DNA of 64,000 nt from Cyanophyceae cyanobacterium (GCA_050331735.1 JBHJGN010000012.1:1-64000), one strand, 5' to 3'. Shown: positions 10,566 to 21,017, counted from the stretch's first letter. Made by a program: numbers and translations. The notes: generated by a model not told the origin, from the letters alone.

Positions 10566-13500
10566 ATGACACAACCAATTTTTTATAATCGTATTATTGA
10601 CAAAGGTCGCTTGAAAAAGCTGATTGCCTGGGCGTTTTCTCACTACGGTAGCGCTCGCTGTGCAACGGTGGCCGACCAGCTCAAGGCTCTTGGCTTTCGC
10701 TACGCGACGAAAGCAGGAGTGTCTATTAGCGTTGAAGACCTCCAGGTTCCCTCGGTAAAGCGCCAGATGCTTGATAGTGCTGAGCAAGAAATCAAAAGTA
10801 CAGAACAGCGCTACTCCCGGGGAGAAATTACGGAGGTAGAGCGTTTTCAGAAAGTCATTGATACCTGGAACGGCACCTCGGAAACGCTGAAGGATGAGGT
10901 GGTCAGAAACTTTAGAGCGACGGACCCGCTTAACTCCGTCTATATGATGGCGTTTTCTGGGGCGCGAGGCAACATGAGCCAGGTCCGCCAGCTCGTTGGA
11001 ATGCGAGGTCTGATGGCCGATCCCCAAGGAGAAATTATTGCTCTTCCGATTAAAACTAACTTTCGGGAAGGACTGACGGTAACTGAGTATATTATTTCTT
11101 CCTACGGAGCCAGAAAAGGCTTAGTTGATACCGCTCTGCGAACGGCTGACTCTGGGTATTTAACGCGAAGACTGGTAGACGTTTCTCAGGATGTGATCAT
11201 TCGGGAAATGGACTGCGGAACCCAGCGCGGTTTGGTCGTCGGAGACATGAAAGAAGGCGATCGCACCCTGATTCCCCTGGCTGACCGTCTCCTCGGGCGA
11301 GTGCTTGCTCAGGATGCCGTTTCCACCGATAGAGAAGTGATTGCTCACCGGAACCAAGACATCGATCAAGAACTAGCCCAAAAAATCGGGAAATGCTGTG
11401 AGCAAGTGATAGTGCGCTCTCCCCTGACCTGCGAAGCAGCGCGCAGCGTTTGTCATCTTTGCTACGGCTGGAGCTTGGCCCACGGCAAGATGGTCGATCT
11501 CGGGGAAGCCGTCGGCATTATTGCCGCTCAATCGATTGGGGAACCGGGAACGCAGCTGACCATGAGAACCTTTCATACCGGAGGCGTATTCACCGGAGAA
11601 GTCGCCCAGCAGGTGCGGGCGACTCGTGGAGGAACGGTGGAATTTGCCGCCGGACTGAACACGCGGCGGGTGCGGACGCGCCACGGCGACGAAGTGGAGC
11701 AGGTAGAAACCCCCGGCGCTATTATTCTGAACCAAGATGGTCACTCGGTCCGCTACCCAGTAACCCCAGGGTCTCAGCTCTATGTTCGAGACGGGGATTC
11801 AGTGGAGGCGGGTCGGCTCCTGGCCGAAGTAACCAACGTTAAGCGGCAGCGCTCCACCGAAAAAGCCGTGAAAGATGTTTCCTCAGATTTAGCTGGAGAA
11901 GTGGTGTTTGCCAACTTGGTTCCAGAAGAAAAAACCGATCGCCAGGGCAACATGACCCGGACAGCTCAGCGGGGCGGATTATTATGGGTTTTGTCTGGAG
12001 AAGTTTACAATCTCCTACCGGGGGCAGAACCAGTCGTGAAGAACGGCGACCGGGTTGCAGAAGGCACGGTTCTGGCGGAGACAAAACTCGTTACTGCTGA
12101 TGGCGGTGTCGTCAGACTGACTCCCGGCAGTCGAGAAATTGAGATTATTACGGCCTCTGTGCTCCTCGATCAGGCAGAAGTTCAGATAGAGAGCACCGGT
12201 GGACGCGAACAGTATGTTGTCCATACGGCCACCGGACAGCGCTTTCTGCTGAAGGCTACTCCCGGAACCAAAGTCCAAAACGGGCAAAGTATTGCAGAAC
12301 TCATTGATGATCGCTACCGTACCCATACGGGGGGTATCGTGAAATACGCTGGCGTAGAAATCTCTAAAGGAGGGCGGAAGCAGGGCTATGAAGTGGTGAA
12401 AGGCGGAACTCTTCTCTGGGTTCCTGAGGAAACCCACGAAGTCAATAAAGATATCTCGTTACTGATGGTCGAAGACGGTCAGTATGTAGAAGCCGGAACA
12501 GAGGTCGTCAAAGATATTTTCTGTCAGTCCTCGGGTGTCGTCGAAGTAATTCAGAAAAACGACATCCTCCGGGAAATTGTCATCAAGCCAGGAGAAATTC
12601 ATCTCGATGTCGATCTCGAGGCTCTGCGAGTGACAGATGGACAAATCGCTGCCCCCGGCACTGAAGTTCTCCCTGATGTTACCGTCTCCGAACTGCGCTA
12701 CTGCGAGCAAGTAGAAACCACAGAAGGCATGGCTCTGCTGCTGCGCCCGGTTCAAGAATACACCATTGCCGATCAACCAGCTGCCCCGAGCCAGGGCTCG
12801 ATTAATCAAAAAGGCGGCAGCAAAATTGAGCTGCGCTCGGTACAGCGACTATTTTTTAAAGACGGAGAGCGAGTCCGCTCTGTGACTGGGGTTTCTTTAC
12901 TGAGTACTCAGCTAGTTTTGGAAATAGACAGGAGTGCTGAGGAAGACCATCTCGCCTCTCATCTCAGTGCCGATATTGAACTCGTTGCTGACGAACAGGA
13001 CTCAGAGATTCAAAGACTACAAATGGTGATTCTTGAATCTTTGGTGCTGCGACGGGATACCGATACCGATCCCCTCGGCGGCAGTACCCAAACGCGCCTT
13101 CTGGTAGAGGATGGCCAGGAAATTCCTCCGGGGGCCGTGATTGCCCGCACCGAAATTCTCTGTAAAGAGCAAGGCGAAGTGCGCGGTATTCGCGAGGGAG
13201 TAGAAGCGATTCGCCGCATTTTAATTGTGCGGGAGAGCGATCGCCTCAGCGTCGCCGCTCCTCAGCCAACCGTTTCTCAAGGCAGTCTGGTGGTTGCTGG
13301 AACCGAAATCTCCCCTGGAGTGGCGGCTCCAGAGTCTGGTCAGGTGGTGAGCATCGGGCCAGAGAAAGTAGTGCTCCGTTTAGCTCGTCCCTATCGCGTT
13401 TCTGCTGGCGCAGTGCTGCACATCGATCATGGAGACCTGGTTCAGCGGGGAGATAACCTCGTGCTGCTGGTGTTCGAGCGCTCTAAAACGGGAGATATCA

Positions 13501-14519
13501 TTCAGGGTCTGCCTCGCATCGAAGAACTGCTCGAGGCTCGCAAACCGAAAGAAGGCTGTATTTTAAGTCGACGACCGGGAGTTTGTCAGGTCGAGCGCTG
13601 GGAGGATGATACCGTCGATGTGAAGCTCGTTGAAGCGGATGGCGTTATCAGCGACTATCCTTTGACCCCCGGTCAGAACGTGATCGTAACCGATGGACAG
13701 GAGGTGGGAGCGGCTGAACCATTGACCGATGGTCCGCCTAATCCCCACGAAATTCTCGAAATTTTCTTCAACTACTATGTAGAGGAAAAGGGGGTTTACG
13801 AAGCCGCTCTAATTGGTCTGCAACAGGCTCAAGTCTTCTTGGTCAATCAGGTCCAGTTAGTTTATCAATCTCAGGGCATCGACATTGCCGACAAACATAT
13901 TGAAGTGATTGTGCGACAAATGACTTCAAAAGTCCGGGTAGACGATGGCGGTGATACCACCATGCTACCGGGAGAGCTGGTTGAGCTGCGTCAGATCGAG
14001 CAGGTGAACGAAGCGATGGCCATTACTGGGGGGGCTCCCGCTCGCTATACCCCGGTTTTGCTAGGAATTACCAAAGCTTCTCTCAACACCGATAGCTTCA
14101 TTAGTGCCGCGAGTTTCCAAGAGACAACGCGAGTCTTGACAGAAGCAGCTATTGAGGGTAAGTCGGACTGGCTGCGGGGACTCAAAGAAAATGTCATTAT
14201 TGGCCGCTTAATTCCGGCAGGAACTGGCTTCAGTGCTCATGAAGAGGCAGTGCTCGGCAGCGATAGTCATGACGATGCCCAAAATCGGAACTCCCTGTAC
14301 GAATCGGGATTAGAAGATATGGGTTCCCCAACAGAAGGGCCGCGATCTCGCTACCGGATGCCCGAAGATGAAGACGTTGTGCTAGACGATCGAACGGCAA
14401 GAGCCTACACTCGCGAAGACTTCGATTCCGATCCGTTAGCTGGCAGTTCGCTAAACTTGTTCCTCGATGAAATTAATGTTGGCGAGGTAGACAGCAGCGA
14501 AGATTCAGGAGAAGAGTAA
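10566..14519 (+). CDS. rpoC2: RNA polymerase beta' C-terminal subunit (RpoC2) with large SI3 insertion
   Basis: [48 protein letters not shown]. Start placed at MTQPIFYN. Confidence 0.99.
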   Translation: MTQPIFYNRIIDKGRLKKLIAWAFSHYGSARCATVADQLKALGFRYATKAGVSISVEDLQVPSVKRQMLDSAEQEIKSTEQRYSRGEITEVERFQKVIDTWNGTSETLKDEVVRNFRATDPLNSVYMMAFSGARGNMSQVRQLVGMRGLMADPQGEIIALPIKTNFREGLTVTEYIISSYGARKGLVDTALRTADSGYLTRRLVDVSQDVIIREMDCGTQRGLVVGDMKEGDRTLIPLADRLLGRVLAQDAVSTDREVIAHRNQDIDQELAQKIGKCCEQVIVRSPLTCEAARSVCHLCYGWSLAHGKMVDLGEAVGIIAAQSIGEPGTQLTMRTFHTGGVFTGEVAQQVRATRGGTVEFAAGLNTRRVRTRHGDEVEQVETPGAIILNQDGHSVRYPVTPGSQLYVRDGDSVEAGRLLAEVTNVKRQRSTEKAVKDVSSDLAGEVVFANLVPEEKTDRQGNMTRTAQRGGLLWVLSGEVYNLLPGAEPVVKNGDRVAEGTVLAETKLVTADGGVVRLTPGSREIEIITASVLLDQAEVQIESTGGREQYVVHTATGQRFLLKATPGTKVQNGQSIAELIDDRYRTHTGGIVKYAGVEISKGGRKQGYEVVKGGTLLWVPEETHEVNKDISLLMVEDGQYVEAGTEVVKDIFCQSSGVVEVIQKNDILREIVIKPGEIHLDVDLEALRVTDGQIAAPGTEVLPDVTVSELRYCEQVETTEGMALLLRPVQEYTIADQPAAPSQGSINQKGGSKIELRSVQRLFFKDGERVRSVTGVSLLSTQLVLEIDRSAEEDHLASHLSADIELVADEQDSEIQRLQMVILESLVLRRDTDTDPLGGSTQTRLLVEDGQEIPPGAVIARTEILCKEQGEVRGIREGVEAIRRILIVRESDRLSVAAPQPTVSQGSLVVAGTEISPGVAAPESGQVVSIGPEKVVLRLARPYRVSAGAVLHIDHGDLVQRGDNLVLLVFERSKTGDIIQGLPRIEELLEARKPKEGCILSRRPGVCQVERWEDDTVDVKLVEADGVISDYPLTPGQNVIVTDGQEVGAAEPLTDGPPNPHEILEIFFNYYVEEKGVYEAALIGLQQAQVFLVNQVQLVYQSQGIDIADKHIEVIVRQMTSKVRVDDGGDTTMLPGELVELRQIEQVNEAMAITGGAPARYTPVLLGITKASLNTDSFISAASFQETTRVLTEAAIEGKSDWLRGLKENVIIGRLIPAGTGFSAHEEAVLGSDSHDDAQNRNSLYESGLEDMGSPTEGPRSRYRMPEDEDVVLDDRTARAYTREDFDSDPLAGSSLNLFLDEINVGEVDSSEDSGEE

Positions 14520-14525
14520 CCGCTG

Positions 14526-14560
14526 GGGGATAAAGCGCCGCTAAAGGCTGCTTTATCCTT
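14526..14560 (+). terminator. Hairpin after rpoC2, probable terminator
   Basis: GGATAAAGC...GCTTTATCC 9-bp inverted repeat just after the stop; only a short U-run follows. Confidence 0.6.
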
Positions 14561-14773
14561 ACAAAAAATTAAGCTGGGGCCGTAGCTCAGCAGCATAATT
14601 TGACTAGCCGGAAATCTTCAGCAGAATTAAGTGAGTAGAAACGATATAGCTTAGACCCGACTCCCCCATGACGACTTCACCCGTTTCTTCATTACACCTA
14701 CAGACACTTGACTAGGAAAACAGAGATTTAGCGTAAACTGCTAATTTATTGGCTAATTACAGGAGCTATTCTA

Positions 14774-15115
14774 TTGGTTGAATCGAAGCGGGTCAAAGAC
14801 GCGGTGGCTGATCAGCATCACCACGGTGAAGACATCTCCCCTCACGTTCATAGCGAAGAATCTTTGCGACAGATTACGAATCGGCTTTCTCGCATTGAAG
14901 GACACGTCAGAGGAATTAAAACAATGGTGGCTGAAAGCCGTCCTTGTCCTGAAGTGCTAGTGCAGCTAGCGGCTGTTCGCGGGGCTATCGATCGGGTAGC
15001 GCGAGTCATTCTGGACGAACACCTCAGCGAATGTATTACCCGTGCTGCTCAAGAAGGCAATATTGAAGAGGAAGTTCAGGAACTAAAGTCCGCTTTAGAC
15101 CGCTTCTTACCCTAG
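14774..15115 (+). CDS. inrS: CsoR/RcnR-family metal-sensing repressor, InrS-like
   Basis: His-rich N-terminus, NRLSRIEGHVRGI, RPCPEVLVQ, DEHLSEC; AGGAG RBS before the TTG start. Confidence 0.85.
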   Translation: MVESKRVKDAVADQHHHGEDISPHVHSEESLRQITNRLSRIEGHVRGIKTMVAESRPCPEVLVQLAAVRGAIDRVARVILDEHLSECITRAAQEGNIEEEVQELKSALDRFLP

Positions 15116-15244
15116 GCTGTCAGAATCAGACCAAACTGATGGCTTTCCCGAGCGCTGACTGCCTCGATCTAAATCTGAGGACAGAGGTAAACTTCTAGCT
15201 CCGCTCGCTAGCCTTTGGGCAGTAAACAAGCAAATATTGCACGG

Positions 15245-15757
15245 ATGAATTATCTTATTGCTGTTTTAGCCAATAGAATGCAAGCAGAGCAGGCTTATAC
15301 GGCTCTCGAGCAGGAAAACTTACCAATGCAGCAGATTAGTATCTTGGGGCAGGGGTACCAGAGTGCTGACGAATTTGGATTGATTGAACCAAACAAGCAG
15401 GCTCAGAAACAGTCGCGTCGATTAGCTTACTGGGTCGTTCCTTTTGGCTTCATCGCTGGCTATGCGTTTAACTTACTCACTGGCATCGTGATTTTTTCCT
15501 GGGCTGGCAAGATTGGTAATCCGATTATTGGCGGCATTTTAGGCGCTGCTGCGGGAGTTTTAGGCGCTATCTTAGTTGGCGGTGGAGTAGGCTGGACAGT
15601 TGGTAGTGGTGACGCGCTCCCCTATCGCAACCGTCTTAATGCCGGAAAGTACCTGATCGTCGCCAAAGGGGATGAAGGAGTGATTAATCGTGCTACGCGC
15701 ATACTACGTCAGTACGAACCAGAAAATATTCAAGGGTACATTGAACCAGTAGCATAA
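15245..15757 (+). CDS. Conserved cyanobacterial membrane protein, unknown function
   Basis: MNYLIAVLANRMQAEQAY...; two Gly-rich hydrophobic segments; YRNRLNAGKYLIV. Confidence 0.75.
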   Translation: MNYLIAVLANRMQAEQAYTALEQENLPMQQISILGQGYQSADEFGLIEPNKQAQKQSRRLAYWVVPFGFIAGYAFNLLTGIVIFSWAGKIGNPIIGGILGAAAGVLGAILVGGGVGWTVGSGDALPYRNRLNAGKYLIVAKGDEGVINRATRILRQYEPENIQGYIEPVA

Positions 15758-16060
15758 ATAAGAAGGAAACGCCGCGCCCTAATCTGAACTAGGAATTAAA
15801 CCGCCTCAACCTTCATCGCTCAAGCTGGAGGAGACAATTTGCGGATGACCATTCTTCATCGTTCTGGAGTCTGATCTTTCTGAAGCTGGAAAAAGCAGAC
15901 ATCTGTATCTTTCTATAGAATTTTAAAAAAAGTAATTATTTTAACATAGTTGCAGCCAAAGCTAGAACGTAGGGAATCTTGAATTCCTGCTCGACTGGCT
16001 TGGTTTAGTGAACTGTCAATAGAAACTTATCATACAGATAATACAAATGGAGGTTACTCT

Positions 16061-16543
16061 ATGGTATCTAGTAATCTAGAACCAGAACTCTCAGGAGCTT
16101 TAGAAAAATTTTCCGGGTTAGGAACTAACGATCAGCTAGCATTACTATGGTTTGTCTACACAAAGATGGGAGATTCAATCACGCCTGCGGCTCCCGACGC
16201 TGCTTCTCCAGATATTTCAGAAGGACTTTATGACCAAGTCAAAGACTTATCAAAAGATGAACAGCTGCAGGCGCAACGAAATTTGCTTGAAGGAAAAGAT
16301 ACTTTAATTTCCCGCGAATATGGCTCTTTGAGCGCCAACTCTAAACTGCTGTTTTGGTACCGTCTGGCTCAGGGAATGGAGCAAGGAACCATTATTCCGA
16401 TGCCAGATGATTACAAGATGGCATCGGAAGGCAGCAGCTTGTTAGGCTCCCTAGAAAACATGGACTTTGAACAGCAAATTACCTTTTTGAGAAATGTTGT
16501 CGCACCCGCTGGTAGCGAGCCTAAATCTGGCGCAGTCATTTAA
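16061..16543 (+). CDS. Helical carotenoid protein (OCP N-terminal-domain-only, HCP)
   Basis: DQLALLWFVYTKMG.SITPAAP, ISREYGSLSAN.KL.FWYRLAQGM, QQITFLR; GGAGG RBS. Confidence 0.92.
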   Translation: MVSSNLEPELSGALEKFSGLGTNDQLALLWFVYTKMGDSITPAAPDAASPDISEGLYDQVKDLSKDEQLQAQRNLLEGKDTLISREYGSLSANSKLLFWYRLAQGMEQGTIIPMPDDYKMASEGSSLLGSLENMDFEQQITFLRNVVAPAGSEPKSGAVI

Positions 16544-16632
16544 GGGAGCCTCTACTAAGGCATCTATTGCTCGCTTAGGAGCCTTGAAAAGAGTGGCGTG
16601 TAAGGCTACTAACAAGTAACTAGGTGCTCTAT

Positions 16633-16685
16633 AGCAGGCGATCGCCACGGGTAAGCTATCCGCTGTGATCGCCTTCTGCTTTATT
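16633..16685 (+). terminator. Long imperfect hairpin containing HIP1, probable terminator
   Basis: AGCAGGCGATCGC-ca-CGGGTA-agc-TATCCG-ct-GTGATCGCC-tt-CTGCT followed by TTATT. Confidence 0.55.
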
Positions 16686-16706
16686 CATGGAGGGGATTAA
16701 TCTCGT

Positions 16707-16856
16707 TTATCCTCTCCTCTCAGCGACAGTATTACTGGCCAGAGAGAGTCGGTTGAGGCTGTTCTGCTCTTCCAAGTGTTGATAGTAGCTGTTCACCGCC
16801 CAAGCAAAACCAATCAGCGCAAAGAGCGCGGAAAAAATGAGTGCTCTTTCAAACAT
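16707..16856 (-). CDS. Small single-pass membrane protein, 49 aa (not in ORF track)
   Basis: MFERALIFSALFALIGFAWAVNSYYQHLEEQNSLNRLSLASNTVAERRG*; GAGGT RBS 9 nt upstream; N-terminal hydrophobic helix. Confidence 0.65.
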   Translation of the reverse strand: MFERALIFSALFALIGFAWAVNSYYQHLEEQNSLNRLSLASNTVAERRG

Positions 16857-17105
16857 CAGTAGATTACCTCTTGAACCATAGTGAGCAATGGCAAAGCCGC
16901 AGCTTTCGACCTCATTGTGTCTATTCGCTCAGCGGTGTGCCACGGTGATATCACTGAATTGCTGCTACTCTTTGAGCCTCCCAAGAAATACGGAGATTGA
17001 GCTCCTTAATGGTTATGATTGGCAGCGCAGGCAGACGGTAACAAAGCTTATCCACGATCGTGGGCCAAAACAGACAAGCGACATTCTGGCTGATCTGAAA
17101 CCGAC

Positions 17106-17132
17106 AAAAAAGGTAAGCAAATTCTGCTTACC
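17106..17132 (-). terminator. Rho-independent terminator of ctaCDE
   Basis: GGTAAGCA-5nt-TGCTTACC stem followed by U6 on the minus strand, about 35 bp after the ctaE stop. Confidence 0.75.
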
Positions 17133-17168
17133 CGACTTACAGATGATGGCTTTCTAAAAGCTAGTGCA

Positions 17169-17789
17169 TCAGAGCAAGTATACTAAAATAAATAAAACCA
17201 CCCAGACTACATCAACGAAGTGCCAGTATAGCTCTGCTGCTTCTACGCCAAAATGCTCTTCGCTAGAGTAGTGTTCCTGTTCCTGAGCACGAATCAGCAC
17301 AAACAGAATTAACAATAGCCCCACGGTAACGTGAAGACCGTGAAAACCAGTCAGAGCATAAAAGGCACTGGCAAACAAATTAGTCGTTAGGTCAAATTCT
17401 AGATGAGCGTATTCGTAGAGCTGTCCCACCAAAAACACAGCTCCCATAACGGCAGTAAGACCAAACCACAGTCGTAACCCCGACACGTTATTTTTCTTAA
17501 TTTCTTCCTGCCCTCGATGCATCACAAAGCTACTGGCAATCAAAATCACCGTGTTGATAGCGGGCAAAATTAGCTCTCGCTCTGGCGTTCCTTCTGGCGG
17601 CCAAGCCGGAAGAATGCTGCGGTAAATTAGTAGTGCAGCAAACAAACCAAGAAAGATCATGCTCTCGGCAACGAGAAACAAGACTACGCCAAACAACCGA
17701 TGGTCAGGATGAGCTCCGTGGGGAGAGTGGGCCTCTACTTTGTGGTAGTTGAGGGCGACTTTAGACTCGTCTACAGTGGAACCTTGCAT
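17169..17789 (-). CDS. ctaE: Cytochrome c oxidase subunit III
   Basis: LFLVAESMIF, TGFHGLHV, YWHFVDVVW. Start placed at MQGSTVD. Confidence 0.95.
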   Translation of the reverse strand: MQGSTVDESKVALNYHKVEAHSPHGAHPDHRLFGVVLFLVAESMIFLGLFAALLIYRSILPAWPPEGTPERELILPAINTVILIASSFVMHRGQEEIKKNNVSGLRLWFGLTAVMGAVFLVGQLYEYAHLEFDLTTNLFASAFYALTGFHGLHVTVGLLLILFVLIRAQEQEHYSSEEHFGVEAAELYWHFVDVVWVVLFILVYLL

Positions 17790-17894
17790 AAATTTAACGG
17801 GTAATAAGAGAGTAATCGGTTCGCATGATAGCGCTACTGTTCGGCAGCCATCACGAGAGGCTAATTGAGACAATCGGCAGCGACCATGCTTCTG

Positions 17895-19571
17895 CTAGCT
17901 CGACTCCGCGCCAACTTCAGCCAGCATATCAGCGACTGATTCTTCTTCGTCGGCTTCGACATCAATGCCATAATCATAAGGACCAGCCCACAAAATTGGC
18001 TCTTCCTCAAAATTTTCGATAGCTGGTGGAGATGTAGTTTGCCACTCTAAAGTGAGAGCCCGCCAAGGATTGCGACCAGCAGCCTCTCCTTTGTTAAGGC
18101 TCCAAAGAATGTTGATGATAAAAGGAATTGTGGATACAGCCAGAGTATAGGAGCCAATCGTAGAAATTTGGTTAAGAGGCTGAAATTGCGGGTCGTAGAG
18201 AGCAATCCGGCGGTTCATACCCAGCAGTCCGAGCTCATGCATCGGCAAGAAGGTTAAATTTAACCCAACCAGAGTCAGAATAAAATGCAGCCTTCCTAAA
18301 GGTTCGTTCACCATCCGCCCCGTCATCTTGGGGAACCAGTGGTAGAGTCCAGCAAACAGTCCGAGGACGCTACCGCCGAAGAGCACATAGTGCATGTGGC
18401 CGACAACAAAATAGGTGTCGTGAACGTGAATATCAAAAGGAACCGAAGAAACCATGATGCCGCTCAAGCCTCCCATTAAGAAGGACGAGATAAAGCCGAT
18501 GCCGAACAACATCGCGCTATTGAGGCTAATTTTACCGCCCCAAATCGTCGCACACCACCCAAATATTTTAATGCCCGTTGGGACAGCAATAATCATGGTG
18601 GTGGCCATGAAAAACATCCGCAACCAGCCAGGAGTGCCGCTAGTGAACATATGATGTGCCCACACAATCAAGCCCAGAAAGCTAATCGCCAAACTCGAAT
18701 AGGCGATCGCCCGATAGCCGAAAATGGGCTTACGAGCATGAACGGGCAGCACCTCTGAAATCACCCCGAAAAAGGGCAGAATCATAATGTAGACGGCAGG
18801 ATGGGAGTAGAACCAGAACATATGCTGGTAAACAATGGGGTCTCCTCCTCCGGCTGGATTAAAGAAATTTGTGCCTACTAGAAGGTCAAAGGAAAGCAGA
18901 ATTAAAGCGGCTGCCAAAACCGGTGTAGAGAGAAGAACCAACGCTGATGTGGCAATCATCGACCAGCAAAATAGCGGCATGTCGTGAATGCCCATTTCTG
19001 GAGTCCGCATTTTGAGAATAGTGGTGAGGAAATTGATCGCCCCCAAAATTGAAGAGGTTCCGATCAGCAGAATACTCAAAATCCAGATTTCTTCGCCGAC
19101 TTTACCGCTTACCAGGCTTAGGGGGGGGTAGGAAGTCCAGCCCGCTTGCGGCGCGTCGAAGAAGAAGCTGCTCAGCAGTAGCAGTCCTCCCGGCGGATTC
19201 AACCAGAAAGCGACGGCATTTAGCTTAGGAAATGCCATATCCTCAGCCCCAATCATTAGGGGAATCAGGTAGTTGGCAAAAGCCGCTCCAGCAGGCACGA
19301 TCCATAGAAAGATCATGATCGTTCCGTGCAGGGTAAACACCTGATTGTAAAGTTCTGGCTGAATAAAATCGGGATCGGGAGTAGCGAGTTCTGTCCGAAT
19401 GATCTCTGCTAAACTGCCGCCAATAAAGTAGAAGAAGAAGGACGTAACCAGATACTGGATACCAATTACTTTGTGGTCTGTATTGAAGGTGAAGTAGTCT
19501 TGCCACTTCCGCGTTTGGGTTGCGTGTCCGTTTTGAACCGAAGCTACGGACTGTTCTTCTGTTGTAGTCAT
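17895..19571 (-). CDS. ctaD: Cytochrome c oxidase subunit I
   Basis: TDHKVIG, WFYSHPAVY, VWAHHMF, HDTYFVVGHMHYV. Confidence 0.98.
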   Translation of the reverse strand: MTTTEEQSVASVQNGHATQTRKWQDYFTFNTDHKVIGIQYLVTSFFFYFIGGSLAEIIRTELATPDPDFIQPELYNQVFTLHGTIMIFLWIVPAGAAFANYLIPLMIGAEDMAFPKLNAVAFWLNPPGGLLLLSSFFFDAPQAGWTSYPPLSLVSGKVGEEIWILSILLIGTSSILGAINFLTTILKMRTPEMGIHDMPLFCWSMIATSALVLLSTPVLAAALILLSFDLLVGTNFFNPAGGGDPIVYQHMFWFYSHPAVYIMILPFFGVISEVLPVHARKPIFGYRAIAYSSLAISFLGLIVWAHHMFTSGTPGWLRMFFMATTMIIAVPTGIKIFGWCATIWGGKISLNSAMLFGIGFISSFLMGGLSGIMVSSVPFDIHVHDTYFVVGHMHYVLFGGSVLGLFAGLYHWFPKMTGRMVNEPLGRLHFILTLVGLNLTFLPMHELGLLGMNRRIALYDPQFQPLNQISTIGSYTLAVSTIPFIINILWSLNKGEAAGRNPWRALTLEWQTTSPPAIENFEEEPILWAGPYDYGIDVEADEEESVADMLAEVGAESS

Positions 19572-19588
19572 TGATCCTCTTAGTTGTT

Positions 19589-20560
19589 TCAGTCATCGAT
19601 GGCGGCGTGATGGTGCGCCTGAAGCTGCGCTAGTGTTTCAGGCTGGATTCCTGCCTCTTGTGCATGGGAAGCTAGAACGCTATCTGCATTAGCCGCAACC
19701 GCCTCGTCAAGGTCAGCTTGGGCAAAGGTGTTATCCTGCACCCACTGATTGTATTCCGACTCAGCTTGAACGAATAGCTGCGATTTCATCGCTCCGTGAT
19801 AAGCACCACAAAGTTCGGCACAAATAATCGGGTATTCTCCTGTCCGAGTGGCGGTAAAAATTAGTTTGGTTTCTCTACCAGGAATAGCATCCTGCTTGAT
19901 CCGAAATTCTGGAAGCCAAAAAGCGTGAAGCACGTCTCCAGCGCTAATATTGAGCTCAACGGGTCGCCCAATAGGAATATGTAGCTCACCAGAAACAACT
20001 CCCGAATCTTGATAGGTAAAAATCCAGGCGTACTGAATTCCTTGAACGTTAACAACTAACGGTCCTTCCTCTTGTTGTTCGCTCCCCGGAGAAGCTCCAA
20101 TACCGAGCGCGAGGTCAGCCTGACTCGGATCTAGAGCAATCAATCTCTGCGTTGATTCCGAGGAAGCCAGTACCTGAGGCCCCGGGTCGCGAGAATTCAT
20201 CGGATCGAGTCCGCCCATGTTGTTGTAGATTTCAAAGCTGTAGATAGCAAGAATAAAAACAATGACGGTGGGAATGGCAGTCCAAACAATTTCTAACGGA
20301 ATATTGCCTTCCCAGGCTGGACCATCGGTTTGATCTCCTTCGCGCCGGCGAAATTTGATCACCGAGATAATCAGGATTCCTTCGATGAGGAGAAACAACC
20401 CCGTGGCAATGGTCATCATCATGTTGAAAATGTCATCTACCTGAGTGGCTTCAGCAGAAGCGGCCACGGGCAGAAGACCGTGATTTTGACCATACCAAAG
20501 GCTGATCAGGGTAATGGCAATACCGGCAATAAGGGTCAGAATGTTACTTGGGATATTCAC
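19589..20560 (-). CDS. ctaC: Cytochrome c oxidase subunit II (CuA)
   Basis: DVLHAFW and CAELCGAYHGAM CuA ligands are present, so this is an aa3-type COX rather than ARTO. Confidence 0.96.
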   Translation of the reverse strand: MNIPSNILTLIAGIAITLISLWYGQNHGLLPVAASAEATQVDDIFNMMMTIATGLFLLIEGILIISVIKFRRREGDQTDGPAWEGNIPLEIVWTAIPTVIVFILAIYSFEIYNNMGGLDPMNSRDPGPQVLASSESTQRLIALDPSQADLALGIGASPGSEQQEEGPLVVNVQGIQYAWIFTYQDSGVVSGELHIPIGRPVELNISAGDVLHAFWLPEFRIKQDAIPGRETKLIFTATRTGEYPIICAELCGAYHGAMKSQLFVQAESEYNQWVQDNTFAQADLDEAVAANADSVLASHAQEAGIQPETLAQLQAHHHAAIDD

Positions 20561-20810
20561 GGGTTCTTTGCAGTCGATTCGTAATAATGCTCAATCTACT
20601 CGAGTAAGCCTTCCTTGGCTATTGAGTCAGCAACAACATACCGACCAATCGGCCATTGCTTTTAGCTCCACTACCAAGGTAAAGCAACTAACGGCAAAAT
20701 GGCGGCGCTATGCACACCAAATTGTAAATTTAAGCTTTTCTTCGAGATACCGATACTACAAAGTTTTCCTCGATTGAGTTGGTATTCACGGCTATCAAAT
20801 CCATGCCAAT

Positions 20811-20828
20811 TATGTAAACTTTTGTAAA
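20811..20828 (-). promoter_or_regulatory. HLR1 (RpaB-binding) element in the ctaC/ctaA divergent promoter
   Basis: Minus strand TTTACAAA-AG-TTTACATA matches (G/T)TTACA(T/A)(T/A)-N2-(G/T)TTACA(T/A)(T/A). Confidence 0.7.
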
Positions 20829-21017
20829 ATAAATTGAGGCATTCTGAAGAATCTCTAAAGCAATCCAGGGGAAGTCAGCAGACTTAACTAGAGTTTGAGT
20901 GAAGTATGTTTGCCGCCATTCTTTAGTTAGATAAGCGATCTAGATTATAAATACTGTCAGAATGAGCTGGTGTAGCAAGCCCTCGTCTTCAGTCAACGTG
21001 TGTAGGACATCAGTGTT

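Noticed and set aside
7188..14519. Inteins or introns in rpoB/rpoC2
   Set aside because: Lengths and motif spacing look normal; the large rpoC2 insert is the standard cyanobacterial SI3.
17038..17055. NtcA-like GTA-N8-TAT and DnaA-box-like TTATCCACG
   Set aside because: Each has a mismatch; no properly spaced -10 and no cluster of DnaA boxes.
16888..17157. 89-aa ORF (+) downstream of ctaE
   Set aside because: Runs through the cta terminator, has no RBS and shows no recognisable features.
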